Shown: positions 39,321 to 53,754, counted from the whole stretch's first letter. The stretch is 63,724 bases of DNA, filler included, from Jimgerdemannia flammicorona (GCA_003990765.1; 3 parts of 3 records of this genome joined end to end with filler, not necessarily neighbours in it); one strand, 5' to 3'. Program-made: numbers and translations. The notes: generated by a model from the sequence alone, not told the origin.

Positions 39321-40167
39321 GGTCACTTGCGGATGTGGTGTTTCGACCAACAAGGACTCGTTTGAGTGGCTTCCCGAATTTCTCCACGTTTTAACCTTCT
39401 CCCAAAACAGGACGCCTCAATCCCAGGCCTCGCAACAGCACAAAGGGGATCGCCCAATCACCGCTTACCGCCCTGACACTCACGCGACACACAACAATCA
39501 ATTTCAGATGCCTTGCCCTGAGACCTTGGAAATCTCAGGCCTGAATCAAACCGGACGACACCCCCACAACATCGTTTATGTGTTTCCTCAAACCACGAGG
39601 AACCAGCAAAACCATTTCATACCTATCTAATAATCTTGGAGACTACTTTGCCACCGCTCTTACGTTCCCGCACCATGCTTGTCAACACGTGCCCCGAAAA
39701 AGGACAGCCATAAATGGACCAGTCCGTGGGATGTCATCCTTTTCATGCATACTATATACACTAGTTACTCGTGAAAAAGGGAGCAAAGTTGGCCCACGAC
39801 GAAAACCAGCTCGAGCTGCGTTCCGGGTTAACCCAGTCTACATTGGTCCAGTTTCGGGTACTTCAAAAGCACGTCATACCGATTCTTTTTTTGCCACGGG
39901 AACAAACCTGACGGAAAAGAAAACATCCGGTCACCAGATCACCAGGTCGCAAACGCGTGACCCAATCGCAGGGAAAGCGAGGTCAACGTTATGACAGCTT
40001 TGGCTCAAAATCGGTAGAGGACGAGAAGATGGATCGTGGAAACTGTTGAGATTTCACAAACATTTCATGCCGAAAAAGGCAAAAAGCATATGAAATATGC
40101 TACGCGGATCAGCAAAACCTTCTCTTGTCGTGCGTAGCACACTGCACACTCACCGATATGCTGTATA

Positions 40168-41008
40168 GCCGCCCGAGGTTTCCCAAGCGGAAGAATATTT
40201 CGAAACTGAAGCTCACATTGCCCGGCAAACTTTGTATATACGAGAGCGGAATATGGGACCACTGGGCTGGCGCGGTGGTCATAAATCCAGATGATGAATT
40301 TCGGGGAACGAGAATGAAGTCCCCTGGAACGAAATTCGAGGCGTGCCATCGCGTATATACACACAAACCCGTTTTCCTGGGAAAGGTTTGGACGCGAGTT
40401 TTATCATCACCCCAACAAGAATAGTGCATATCGACACTGTCACAATTGATTATCTCGATTGTCAATGTTTGGCCAGCCATTACGAAGATCTGTTCGTTCG
40501 GTTGGAATCTGGCATTGACCTGTGTGTCCGCTTTGTCAGAGTTGTGGCCACAACCGATCACTGATTCGCTCCTTTCCGGACTCAGAGACCCTCCCCTCTT
40601 GACTCTGTTAAGAGTTTTACTCTATCGTAACATGGGCCAAAGCACATCGGATATATATACATCCCGCGGGAGAGTCGGAGCAGTCCCACCGTCCAGCGCA
40701 TCGACCTTGTCCGTCACATACTCAACTTTTTTTCGGTGATAACAATCTCGTTGAGCGATGCTCCAACTCCAACCACGACAGTGATCAACCTTCCGATTAT
40801 ACTGTCTAATGCGGCAGCTAAACGTCAGTATCGTGCTACCAACCCCGTCTCTCTTCATGCAGAGCAATACCGAAATACACGCCCCATCGGCGGTGGCATC
40901 GTAGGTCGCTATGGACCTGGCGTTGTACATGAATCTCACCCCTTAACATCATCCCCTATTGACAAGACACAGGCTGATTCGGTCAAACGTGAGATGTGTC
41001 TGAATTAG
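40168..41008 (+). CDS. Possible hypothetical multi-exon gene
   Basis: CpG-intact sequence with overlapping plus-strand frames and plausible splice sites. No recognisable domain, and the structure is not resolved. Confidence 0.25.
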
Positions 41009-41284
41009 CATTTTGGTGGAGCGAACATCCGATAATACGAATTCTAATGTCCAATAGGTTATGCGTACTCCGTGTCGGCGTTCTTATCGGCAGCCATGAC
41101 AGGGAAACTCGACATTCCTCAATGCTCTTTTGTTTCATGTAAGGGTTCAATTCTGGTCCGATTTGACGATCGTTATCTAATCTGCTGTGAAATCGTTGCC
41201 CAATTCAGCCAGCAAGCAATTGAGTAACAAATCCCAATATCCAACATTCTCTTGGAGATCCACTGGCGTAAAATCCCGTGAGTG

Positions 41285-41320
<36 letters not shown>

Positions 41321-42458
41321 GGTGCAAACGTGGCTTTGTTAGAATCACAGTTGATTTTCAAGAAACGACGACTAATTATCTTAGGAAATAGTGCTTCACA
41401 ACGTGAGTTATTTATCATACCTTGTTCCAATGAGTAAATGGATTACTGATTGCAACCCCCTATCTGTTGACAAAGGTTATGTTATCTAAACTTGACCAAT
41501 CGCAAACTATAGATTATACGGGCGGCCCGATTCTTTGATATACCATCAAGCACAAAATATTTATTGTTCCTTGGATTTACTGTTATTAATCGGATTTTCG
41601 TATTGTATATACACTTGCATTTTATGCTTTCGAAGCTTATTCTTGTATTTGTGTCCTTGTAGAAATAAATCAAGCGAATACCCTAGAAAAAAAGAAAAAA
41701 AAAAAGAAGAAAAAGCGATCTGCAATATACAGCATGAAAGAATCAACTTTTACTGGGGGGGGGAGTTTTTTTGCTTGATTTTTACGTACTAGTACTAGAT
41801 ACTCAATCACAATGAACGACAAAATGGTCTTCGTGATTTGAGCAAAAGGCCTTTCGACGCGAACACGGGGGGTTGACACTGTACGTTTTGGTAGCATAAA
41901 ATTATGTAGGCGAAACAACCTATGATGGGCTTTCATAATCCAAACATATTGTCGCCGTGCTTCCATGGTGGGACCAGACTCTTGACATGCCTAACCGGCA
42001 TCTCCACCACCCACAGACTCCAAAGGATCGCACCAATCTTCTTCCCTACCAGTCGATGGTTCTGTGTACGTTCATCCGTTCCCAAATCCACTTCACTTTA
42101 TCACAGTTGTGAATCTGCCTCTTGCAAGCCTCGGCGTTATCAGTATCTTAATCATCTGTGCGTTTGGAGCTCATCATAATGCCGGTTATCGGAAGATCGC
42201 TGTCGTCAGAGCTTCAAGACAAATTCCTGAGAAAAGAGGCGTGGCATTTAGCACGGAATCGCGCACTCACGATGATTGACTCCACATAGCCCCTGAGGAC
42301 TTTTTGTAGTACGTAGATAATGGATTGAGGAAAGAATAGACAACGAACAAAAGGAACAGCTATGTACATATGAAACAATATATATACTAATAATTGGAGA
42401 AGAGGGTAAAAGCTAGTAAATAATTTATATAATAGGGGGGGGGGGGGTTTAATATTAA

Positions 42459-42558
42459 NNNNNNNNNNNNNNNNNNNNNNNNNNNNNNNNNNNNNNNNNN
42501 NNTTAATTAATTAANNNNNNNNNNNNNNNNNNNNNNNNNNNNNNNNNNNNNNNNNNNN
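42459..42558. other. Artificial contig linker (N44-TTAATTAATTAA-N44)
   Basis: Identical to 21186-21285. Confidence 0.97.
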
Positions 42559-42581
42559 AAAAAAAAAAAAAAAAAAAAAAA

Positions 42582-44237
42582 GGGATATTGTGGGGAAGTG
42601 TTCAGGAATGTTCTTGTGTGTTTGAGTCTGAAATTCTGAGGTCTGGGGGAGGGGGTATTTATACTAGTGAGGGGCTATGTGGACTATGCTAGATATGGAT
42701 GTAGCACTAAGTGCCTTGCTGAGTCGGAATGCAGTTACATAGTACAAGTGTGATCTGACATGTTAAGAGATCTTCTGACTGCTGAGTCAGTTCACAGTCA
42801 CATCGTACAAGGCTAATCTAACTATACTATGACTGCTAGGCTATTTATGAGTTTAGGCACTGTCTGGGTAGTCCTCGATGACATCCCCATCGATTGCATC
42901 ATCTCTGATAAAGTAGTCGTCTAGGAAGAGTTGTTTGCGGATTACTTCCCCTTGTTTGCTGAGGTAGTAATACATTGGGACTTTGTCCCTATCCCACAGG
43001 ATAGCATCATCTGTCTCGTAGGCTAGATAAGGTGTTGGTGGACAAAGGATGGGTGTGTTGTCTTCACTTTCATTGGATTCGCTGTCTGCATACCTTCTAT
43101 AGGTTACAGCACTATGAGTTGCAGGATTATAGTAAGCTGGTGGCTGTGGTTCATGGTGCTCGTACTCAGGTGGTGGAGTGGTTGGTTTGATCTCGAGGGT
43201 TGTCTGGAGGTACAGGTTGTGTTCTCCGGTCTCTTCATTGTAGTTGAAGTAATCAGGGGTAAATGCGGGTAGGTATTCGTGCCAGTGGTCATTGTCCCAA
43301 TAAGTCTCATATGCTGTTATGAATTGTTGTAAGTTCATCGGCAAGGTTGGCAGTGTGATCAGGGTTGGCAGAGATCCTTGGCTAGAGGTCATGTCAGCAT
43401 CAGAGGGATCATTGTCTTCTGCTTCATCTTCATCGAAGTAGATTATATCGTAGATGTCTTTCATGGCGTATCCAACTTAGGGCATTTGCAGGATGTGATC
43501 ATTGGGGTGCGGGAAGGTTCTGTCTGTGGTTTCGACATATTTGATGTACTTCTGATTGAGTTCTTGTATCATATCATCGATTTGGCCATAGGACAGGGTA
43601 GCAACCATTTCACTGGTAGTAACTCGGAGGTGGAAAATAATGGTACTGTACTCGTAGAAGAGTTCTCGATGTTGTGGGTGATGAGCTTCTGGTGTTGAGA
43701 CATCTGGGTAATGTCTGTATCATGGTGGTGTTCGACCATGTCTTCCAGGAGGTGGCCGATCTGGTAGTAGCTTGAGATTTGTCCGATTCGGTGGGCCTTG
43801 CTAAGCATGTTCAGAGCATTCCATCGGGCTTCCACAAAGTAGAGGGGTGCTAGGCTATGGATATTCATGAGGGGCAGAGGGGGTGTAGCTCGGTTGACAA
43901 TGGCATTCCAAATGTCAGCATGGATATGGTTGTAGATCTCAGTGGTCATGTTTGTGTGTTTGGAAGATGTGGTTGTTGTTTGTTTTGGTTCTCTGATTCG
44001 ATGCATCTCAGTGCTCAGTATATATGCATTTAGTCCTGATTGGTAAGATTCCGTTTGTGTAAATCTTGTGTTCTGTGACTTCGTATTGACTCAGCTTTGT
44101 GCACTGTGACTTCAGTTTGACTCAGCTTCATGATCAAGCAGGTGATTTCCAGATTTGTTCAGAGTGGCGTGTGATTTCAGTGGCTTATTCAGAGGGTGAC
44201 ATATAATTTCAGTGGCTTTGGGGGTTGTGCGCTTACA
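42582..44237 (-). mobile_element. Type A LTR (5' or solo), truncated at left by a poly(A) tail, nested in an older LTR
   Basis: Ends GCGCTTACA at 44237 with no adjacent PPT. Contains the U3 ORF at 42853-43949 (1097 nt, one frameshift). Preceded by an A-run at 42559-42581. Confidence 0.9.
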
Positions 44238-47200
44238 GTTATACTGGATATAGGAAGAGTCTATCTATAGTTTGGATATATATAGTTGAGTTCTTACACT
44301 ATATTGTCAATTTGGCTATAAGTCAGAGTGATAACTATTTCAGCAATAGTAACTTGAAGGCAGAAGATAAAGGAGCTATACTTATAGTAGAGTTATTAGT
44401 ATTTATAAGTATTAAGTTCTGGTGTTGAGATATTTCAGTAATATCTATATCATAATAGTGGTTAACTATATCTTTCAGGAGACAGTCAATCTAGTAGTGG
44501 CTTGAGATTTATCTAATTTGGTAGGTCTCACTAAGTATATTTAAGATAATCCAATAAACTTCTATAAAATATAGAGATACCAGATTATAGATATTTATGA
44601 GATACAGAGGAGCTATAGCTCAATTGCCAATAGTATTCCAAATATCAGCACAGATATAACTGTAAACATTGGTTATCATATCTAGGTATGTATTTGAGAA
44701 TTGTGGTTGTGGTTTTAGTTTATTGTGATTCTTTATTTTGATATACTACATATTTAGTATATATACTTTCAGTCTTATTTGATAAGGTTCTATTTTCATA
44801 TATTTGTATTTCATGACTTTAAGTTGACTCAGCTTTATGATCTGTGACTTTGGTTTGACTCAGCTTTATGATCTGTAACTTTGATTTGACTCAGCTTCAT
44901 GATCTATAACTTTGGTTTAACTCAGCTTTATAATCTTGTATATAATTTCCAGATTTGTTCTAAGAGTAATATGTAATTTCAATGGCTTAAAGATTATATG
45001 CTTACAATTCTCCCCTTTTTAGTATTCAATATCCCTATTAAGGTCTTCAAATTTAGCTAATATTGTTGTACCATTTGGATGATCAAAAGTTCAGTAATAT
45101 TCTTTTTTCTCAGAAAGTAATATGCTTATAATACAGCTGTCTAATACATTGAATTTATATATTAAAGATTCATACATTTAATACTGTATATCAGAAGTAA
45201 TTTTAATATCATTCACTGCTGGAGAATTTCCTCTAAGAAATCTTTTTAAATATCTTCACCTTGTTCTCACCAGTGATAAGGGAAGAATCAACTGCTTTCA
45301 GTTTTACTATTTTTCTAAAAGATCAATATTTCTTTTTAACTTAATTTGTAGAGATGTGGCTGAGGTTTCTATTTTGTTTATGATAATTATAAGAATACTT
45401 TTAACAGTATTCAGAAGGGGTAAAATATAGTATAGAAATAATAGGTATTAGAGTATTTAGACTAGTTATTCAAAAAATCATATTCTTGAACTAAGTTGGC
45501 AATATTCTGAAGATTTATTCCGGATTTCCATAGAGTATCATGGATTGGGTAATTCTTCCATTTGATAAGATATTCTAAGTAGCTCTTATGGCCATATTTG
45601 TTGAGAATTTGTTTGGCTTTATATTCTTCTTAGTTATTAATAATAACTAGTATTAGTGGTTCTATAGTTTGATTTCAGAATAGTTTATCATCATTTTAAT
45701 TATATTACTTGAGATATTGAACATTGAAGACTGGATAAATCTTGATGATATCTGGTAGTACTAATTTATAGAATTTTAGGGAAATTTGTATGATAACTTT
45801 GAATAGCCTAATGAACTTACTCTTGAGCTTTATAGAGAGTCTATGCTTAAGATGTTAACTCAGTATTCTCAGATATCTAGTAGAACTTTTTCTCTGATAT
45901 CAAAAGTTTCCTCTTAGTAGTACTGGTTGACATACTGAGATTGTTGCTTTTGGACTCAAGATAAATTCTCAATTGCAATCTGGCTTAAGTTGCACATTTA
46001 GAGTAAAAATTCTTCAATAGCTTCAAAAGTGGAGAGTTCATCAGTAGTTCTGATAAGGGTCAGAGAGGTGTTAAGATTTTTGTCCTGTATTGGCAAAGAA
46101 TAGAGTCATTCCAAGAGAAGCTTGTTTGCTATTGTTGTAAGTAAACTCAACTGTAGTAAGATATTTATACTAATTATCTTATATATAGGAAATATAGTTC
46201 TTAGCATTTGCTTCAAAGTTTGGTTTATTCTTTTAGTTTGTCTATCAGTTTCAGAGTGAAAGACTGTGGATAGTGCTAGTTTCATTCCAAGGTATAAGTA
46301 TAGTGCTTTCTAAAAATGGCTAGTGAATTTTGAGTCTAGATTACTAATAATAAACTTAGGAAGATCATGATAGTAAAAGATATTATCAAATAAGAGTATA
46401 GTAATTTTAGATACTATTGCAGCTATAGTAGTAGATACAAAGTGAGCTTGTTTGCTAAGATAATCTATGAAGAAAATAATTATATCTTTTCCATTCTTAG
46501 TTTTGAGTAGTTGTACAATAAAGTCTATAGATATTGATTTTCAAAGTAGATAGTACTGGTATAAGATAGAGTAGTTCAGGTTTTGATAGAGTTAAGAACT
46601 TATTATATTGGTAGTTATTATAAGAAGTAATGAAGGTTTTTAACTAATCTCCCATATAGGGCCAATAGAAGTTTTGTTAAATAACTTTATAACATTTATC
46701 ATATTTTAGATATTCAACTGTAGGGGTATTAACAGAATAGTCCTTCAAAGGTCTCAATTGTTAGAAATATACAATTTATCCTTATAATAGATAGTATTGT
46801 CTTTTAATTAGTATTAATGATACTGGGAGTACTTGTTAATATCAACACTGCTCAGGAATTCTCAGAGTACTTGAGCTTCATTATCATCAGTATATACTCT
46901 AATAATTTATTTTATAATAGAGTTAGTAACCAAGGTGAGAGTTTGTATAACTTCTTCAATTGGTGGTCTAGAGATTGCATTGATGACAATATTTTCCTTA
47001 TCAAGTAGTATTGGATTTTATAGTGAAAATTGGTAAGGACTTTTATCCATCTAGCTTGCTTTTAGAAAAGAGTAGCCTGGGTCTTAATATTGATTAATGA
47101 TTTATAGTCTGTTAATATAGTGAAGTGTACTTCTTTAAAGTATATGTACCATTTGATCAGAGTATCCACAATGGCTAATATTTCCTTCTCATTAGTGATA

Positions 47201-47819
47201 TAGTTAATTTTAGCGAGGTTTGGTGAAATGGGTATAGTTAATTTTAGTATCATTAAACTTACACAACAGTATGTCCCTTTTGCATAAGTACTGCTCTAAG
47301 AGCTAGGTCAGATATATCAGTAGTTACTTCATATAGTAGGGCAGAATTTACTACTTGAAGTGCTAGAGTAGTTATCAGAGTATTTTTCAAGACTTCAAAG
47401 GCTACATCTTGTTTAGATCTCTATTTAACAAGATTGTTGAAGTCTTTTTCTTGTTTTGTAGTCTAAGGTTGTCCTTTCTTTTTACTATACTTAGTCAGTT
47501 GAGTAAGAGCAGTAGCAATCTTGATAAGGTTTTCAATAAATTATCTATTAATAGTTTGCTAGTCCTAGGAATGACTAAAGGTCATTTAGCTTCTTAAGTC
47601 CAGGCTATTTCTTGATTGTGGAGATTTTTCTGGAGTCTATTTTGATTCTATTGGAAGTAACAATATATCTAAGGAATTGAATTTTCTTTAGAAAGAATTC
47701 ACATTTACTAGGTTTCACGAAAAGTCAGTTTTCTTCAAGCTTCAATAATACTAGTTAAAGATGTTAAAGATATTCCTCTAGGGTTTTGCTGAAGATCAGA
47801 ATGTTATCAATATAGACAA
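44238..47819 (-). mobile_element. Older, heavily decayed chromovirus copy (partial 3' LTR to 45006, PPT, chromodomain-IN-RH-partial RT)
   Basis: CTTACA at 45001-45006 followed by the PPT; colinear with 55735-58510. Confidence 0.88.
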
Positions 47820-50800
47820 TATAAGTGCATAACCTTCAAGCCACCAAAATCATGTCATCCTCAGAACCAATTTGGAAACCACATGTGAGACTACAAAACA
47901 AGTTACTGAAGAGATCATCTGGTTACACAAAATATACCAGCAAGCATGAGAACCTACTGCTAAGACATAAGAATATCAGAAGAAGTACTACAACCAAAAG
48001 ACTGACTCTAAACCTCTATAACTAGTTTGATATACTGTACTATTACAAAAGGAAACTGAAAGTACCAAACTCAAACCGAGACAAGAAAAATCCTATCTCA
48101 TCCATCAAAGGTTCATGAACTACACTTATCAACTCAAGACTAAGATATACTGCAACTATACAAAGACCTCATTACTTAGCAGAAGCAAAATTTATTTGAA
48201 TAACCCCATTTGCTCTATCTGTATCACCTCCATTGGAGAATGACAGACACTTTATCTGAACTCAAGAAAGCCAACATTGTCAAAACCAATCTCAAGCCCA
48301 TCCATGTGAAAGATATTACTACTAGAAATTGCCTCAGATTATAGAAAATATTATTTCTGAGAGGTTCGAACCCCCAGCCACAACATTGAGAGCCCTTGCC
48401 CTAGACAAGAATGGCCAGTTCTCACAAATGTATCAGTAGCTCAAAAAAAAAGAGAACCAAGACCTATTATTCTTGTACAACCACTACTACTGAGAATAGC
48501 CATAATTTTGCAAGGGACAGAGGTAATGACATCATTGAAACTGATGACATCAGAAGTCAGAAAACTGCTCAGACTTTACCAGAGATGATGTCATCAATAG
48601 TGATATCATCAAAGACTTACCAGATAGCATCTAAATCTATAAATAGCTTAGCAGTTATAGTATAGTTAGATTAGCCTTATATAATGTAACTGTGAACTAA
48701 CTCAGCAGTCAGACAATCCCTTGACATATTAGATCACACTTATACTACATGACTGTATTCCGACTCAGTAAGATACTAAGTGCTATATCCATATCTAGTA
48801 TAGTCTAGATAGCCCCTCACTAGTATAAATACCTCCTCCCCCAGACCTCTGAATCTCAGACTTGAACAATCCAAACACAACTCCTGAGCACTTCCCCACA
48901 ATATCCCTTGATACAAATACTCCTAGTATAGTAATAACATGAATAGTGAATAAACCTATTTAATAATCTATAAACCACTCTAAAGTAAATCCACTCCCCA
49001 TTAGGTCCCACTTCTAACTCCATCACGAAATTTCCTAATTGGGTATTGTCTGCAGTGATATGCCAGTTTAACTAAGCTGGCCTTAGTTTTTTGAACATCC
49101 TGAAATATGGAAAATCCTGAACATCCAGAACTAGTCCAAAAAGAGACGTTGGTTGAGATGTCAACCCAATTTTGAAATCAATAAGTGTAGAGGACATACT
49201 CTATACAAAATTGATCTTGACTATAAGTAAACAGTCTTCTAGAATATCCAGAACTTCCAGAAAACCCTTCCAGAACTACATAATGGTTACTCTAACAAGT
49301 AACCCTCTTGCAACTTGATAGCAGTGGTTTACAATCCAATTCTGCTTCAAGGTGCTTCCTCACCCCACTACAAACCCTTCTGAGAATTCCTACAAGTTGG
49401 TATAAAGTCCAATCTCTGAACTGGAATTTATCCTGAACTATCTGATAATCTGGAGAGAATTGAACCTGACATATAAGAACAATTTAACCTCCACACCTAT
49501 AACAAGTGGGATAAACTCATTTGAAAAAAGAAGTACTCTAGTTAAATCAGCAGATAGGCAAAACCCTATATACTGAACTCCTTGTACTACACCCAGTAAG
49601 TCAAGATAAAGAAGGTCTTATCAGAGTCTTCTTTACTCTCCTCAATAAGAGTGTTGTCAGCTCCACAAATCTAAGCAACATAGGATAACTATCAGCAGTC
49701 TTTCTAGCCTTAGTTCCTCATGAAGCCCAAGTCTCTATAGCCAAGTGGCTCAACTCTACCAATTTTCACCATACCAGGACCAAAACTGTATTATACTACT
49801 GATTCCAGAACTGCAAGGTCTGCCATATTCTTAAGGAAGAAGCAAGGGAAACTCTCTGCCAACAACCTGACTCCAAACCAGAAGCAGGCACAGCTATAGC
49901 CCTACCTGAACCCAAAACCAATACTGAACCAGAACTTGACTTTGAATTAAGTCCATCTGAAATCAGATATATAACTGATTCTGTCTACTTTGACGCTGAG
50001 CAAACCCAATTATATGGGGACCAACCCGAAGAGGAGGAGGAGTATCTCAGTGAATTTGATCCCAGATATACTATCAAAGGAGATGCACCTCCATCAGGAC
50101 AGAATATACACATACAGCAACAGATAGCTATCTATTGAGCCCTCACTCCAGACCCACAACTACTACTCCAGCAACTTACACAGACTCAAAGAACTCCATC
50201 ACACTCTGCACCAGTACCTCAAGTAGTACCAGTAACACCACTATCATTAGTCCAACTGCCTCTAGTAAACAACATAGCAAACCAACAGATTCTAGACCTT
50301 ACAGCCCAGATAGCCATAATGGCAGCAACCATTACTGCCTTAGCTAAACAGACCTGACCAACCAAAAATCTGAGCCTATCTACCTTCAATAGTACTGCAC
50401 AAGAAGTCCAAAGCTTCATTAGTATAGTTGACACTCACCAACTTCGACTATAAAATCCAGTATCAGTCTGGCAAGGAAAATATCATTGCCAATATAATCT
50501 CCAGACCACTAATCAAAGAAGTTATCCAAACTCTCACCTTGGTTACAAACTCTATCATAGAACAAATTATCACAGCATGTACTGATGATAAGTAAGCTCA
50601 AGCACTCTGAGAAATCCTGAACAGTGACGATGCTGACAAGCATACTCAGTACCATCAATACCAACTGAAGGACAGTACTATCTACTACAAGGACAGATTG
50701 TATGTTCCAAATAACTGTGACTTCTGAAGGACTATCCTATTTGAATATCATGATGCCCCTATAGCTTGACATTTAGGATTTGACAAATGTTATAATGTTA

Positions 50801-53754
50801 TCTCCTGAAACTTCTATTGGTCCCACATGGCAGATTAGCTAAAGACCTACATTACTTCATGTGATGCCTGTCAATGGAACAAGTCCTCAACACTAGCAAA
50901 ACCTGGTCTACTCTACTCTATCTCAGTACCATCTACTAATTGGGAACAAATCTCTATGAACTTTATTGTATAACTACCTCAGACCAAGAATAAAAAAGAT
51001 ATAATTATTGTCTTCATGAACTATCTCAGCAAGCAAGCCCACTTTGTACTAACTACTACTACCACAACAGCACCAGACATAGCTATGCTCTTGTTTGACA
51101 ATATCTTCTACTATCATGGCCTTCCTAAGATCATTATTAGTGATTGAGATCCGAAATTCACCAGCCATTTTTGGAAAGCCCTCCATATATACCTTGGAAC
51201 AAAACTTATACTATCCACAGCCTTTTACCTGGAAACTACTGTACTCTAGAATAAATACTAAGGAACTATGTTTCCTATAGATAAGATGATCGGTATGAAC
51301 ACCTCACTGCAGTCGAGTTTGCCTACAACCATAGCAAGCAAGCCTCTCTTGGAATGACCCCATTCTTCACCAACACTGGACAAAATCCAAACATCCCTCT
51401 GATACTTATCCAAACTACTGATAAACCCTCCACAGTTGAAGCTGTTGAAGAATTCCTGCTCCAAATGTGCAATCTAAGCCAGATTGCAATCAAGAATTTA
51501 TTATGAGCTCAAGAACAACAGTTACAGTATATTAACCAGCACTGCCAAGAAGAAACTTTTGATATTGGAGAAAAAGTTCTACTAGACATCTGAGGATACC
51601 AAGTTGATAACCTCAAGCACAGACCATCTACAAAACTGAATAACAAGTTTATTGGACCATTTAAAGTCATTACATAAGTCCTTCCTACTTCCTACAAATT
51701 GGCACTACCAGACACCATTAGGATTTACCCAGTCTTCAATGTCCAATGTCTCAAGCGATATAATGAAAATGATGACAAGCTATTCCCAAACTGAACCACA
51801 GAACCACTTGCACCTATCATTATTAATGACCAAGAAGAATACAAAGTTGAACAAATCCTCAACAAATGTAGCCATAAGAACTACCCTGAGTACCTTGTCA
51901 AATGAAAAGATTATCCAATCCATGATGTAACATGGGAACCCAAGACCAATCTCCAGAATGCTACTGACTTAGTTCAGGAGTATGATTCCTCAAACAACTA
52001 AAAACAAAAACCCTGCACATAGCAGTATATAATATATATTACTCTCTCAAACATTATAATTATTATGAATAAAACAAGTACTCAGCAAGATAAGACAAAG
52101 AATACCAACTCTGTAGAAAAATAGCAAAACTGAAAGCAAGTCTATTCTCTCTATACCACTGGTGAGAAACGAGGCATAGACATTTAAGAAGATTCCTTAG
52201 AGGAATTTCTCCAGCAGTGAATGACATCAGAATTACTTCTGGAATATGGCATTAAACATATGACCCTTTAACATATGAATCTAATGTATTAGGCAACTAT
52301 ACTATGAGCATGCCACTTTCTGAGAAAAATAGACTTTATTGGACTTTTGACCTCCCAAATGGTGTAACAACACTAGGACAAAATTAGAAGACCCTGACAA
52401 GGATGTTAAAAGCTAAGAAGGGGAGAGTTGTAAGCATATAACCTCCAAGCCACTAAAATTGCATGTCATCCTCAGAACTAATTTGGAAACTACATGCAAG
52501 ACTACAAAACAAGTTACTGAAGAGATCATCTGGTTATACAAAATATACCAGCAAGCTCAAGAACCTACTGCCAAGACACAAGAATATCAGAAGAAGTACT
52601 ACAACCATAAGACTGACTCTGAACCTCCATAACTAGTTTGGTATACTATACTATTACAAAAGGAAACCAAAAGTACCAAACTCAAACCAATATAAGAAAA
52701 ACCCTATCTCATCCATCAAAGGTTCATGAATTATACTTATCAACTTAAGACTAAGATACATCATAACTATACAAAGACCTCATTACTTAGCAGAAGCAAA
52801 ATACATTTGAATAATCCTATTTGCTCTATCTGTGTCACCTCTGTCAGAGAATGACAGATGCTTCATCTGAACTTAAGAAAGCTGACATTGTCAAAACCAA
52901 TCTCAAGCCCATCCACATGACAGATATTACTACTAAAAATTGCCTTGGATTACAGAAAATATCATTTCTGAGAGTTTTGAACCCCCAGCTGCGACATTGT
53001 ATGCCCTTGCCCTAGACAAGGATGGCCAGTCCTTGCAAATGTACCAGCAGCTCAAAAAATAAGAGAACTAAGATCTGTTATTCTTGTACAACCACTGCCA
53101 CCAAGGATAGCCATAATTTTGCAAGAGACAAAGGTGATGACATCTTTGAAACTGATAATATCAGAAGTCAGAAAACTGCTCAGACTTTGCCAGAAGTGAT
53201 GTCATCAATAGTGATGTCATCAAAGACTAACCAGACAGCATCTAAATCTATAAATAGCTTAGCAGTCATAGTATAGTTAGATTAGCCTTGTATGACTTGA
53301 CTGTGAACTGACTCAGCAGTCAGATGATCCCTTGATATGGCAGATCATACTTGTACTATATGACTGTATTCTGACTCAGCAAGGTACTAAGTACTATATC
53401 TATATCTAGTATAGTCTAGATAGCCCCTCACTAGTATAAATACCCCCTCCCCCAGACCTCAGAATCTCAGACTTGAACAATCTGAACACAACTCCTGAGC
53501 GATTCCCCACAATATTCCTTCATACAAATACTCCTAGTATAGTAATAACATGAATAGTGAATAAACTTATTTAATAACCCACAAATCACTCTTAAGTAAA
53601 TCTGCTCCCCATTAGATCCCACTCCTAACCTCATCACGAAATTTCCTAATTGGGTATTGTCTGCAGCAATATACTGATTTAATTAAGCTAGCCTTAGTTT
53701 CTTAAACTTTCTGAAATATAGAAAATTCTGAACATCCAGAACTAGTCCAAAAAG
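47820..53754 (+). mobile_element. Internally deleted chromovirus derivative with type B LTRs (5' LTR 47820-49312; 3' LTR 52429-53754, truncated)
   Basis: Two homologous LTRs, a PBS-like TGATAGCAGTGG at 49316 and a PPT at 52415-52428. The gag 5' part is fused at ~50435 to the end of RNase H, then IN-chromodomain to ~52000. Confidence 0.9.

Noticed and set aside
48363..48373. GGTTCGAACCC tRNA T-loop/B-box-like motif in the type B LTR
   Set aside because: No A-box or cloverleaf, and the sister LTR reads AGTTTTGAACCC.
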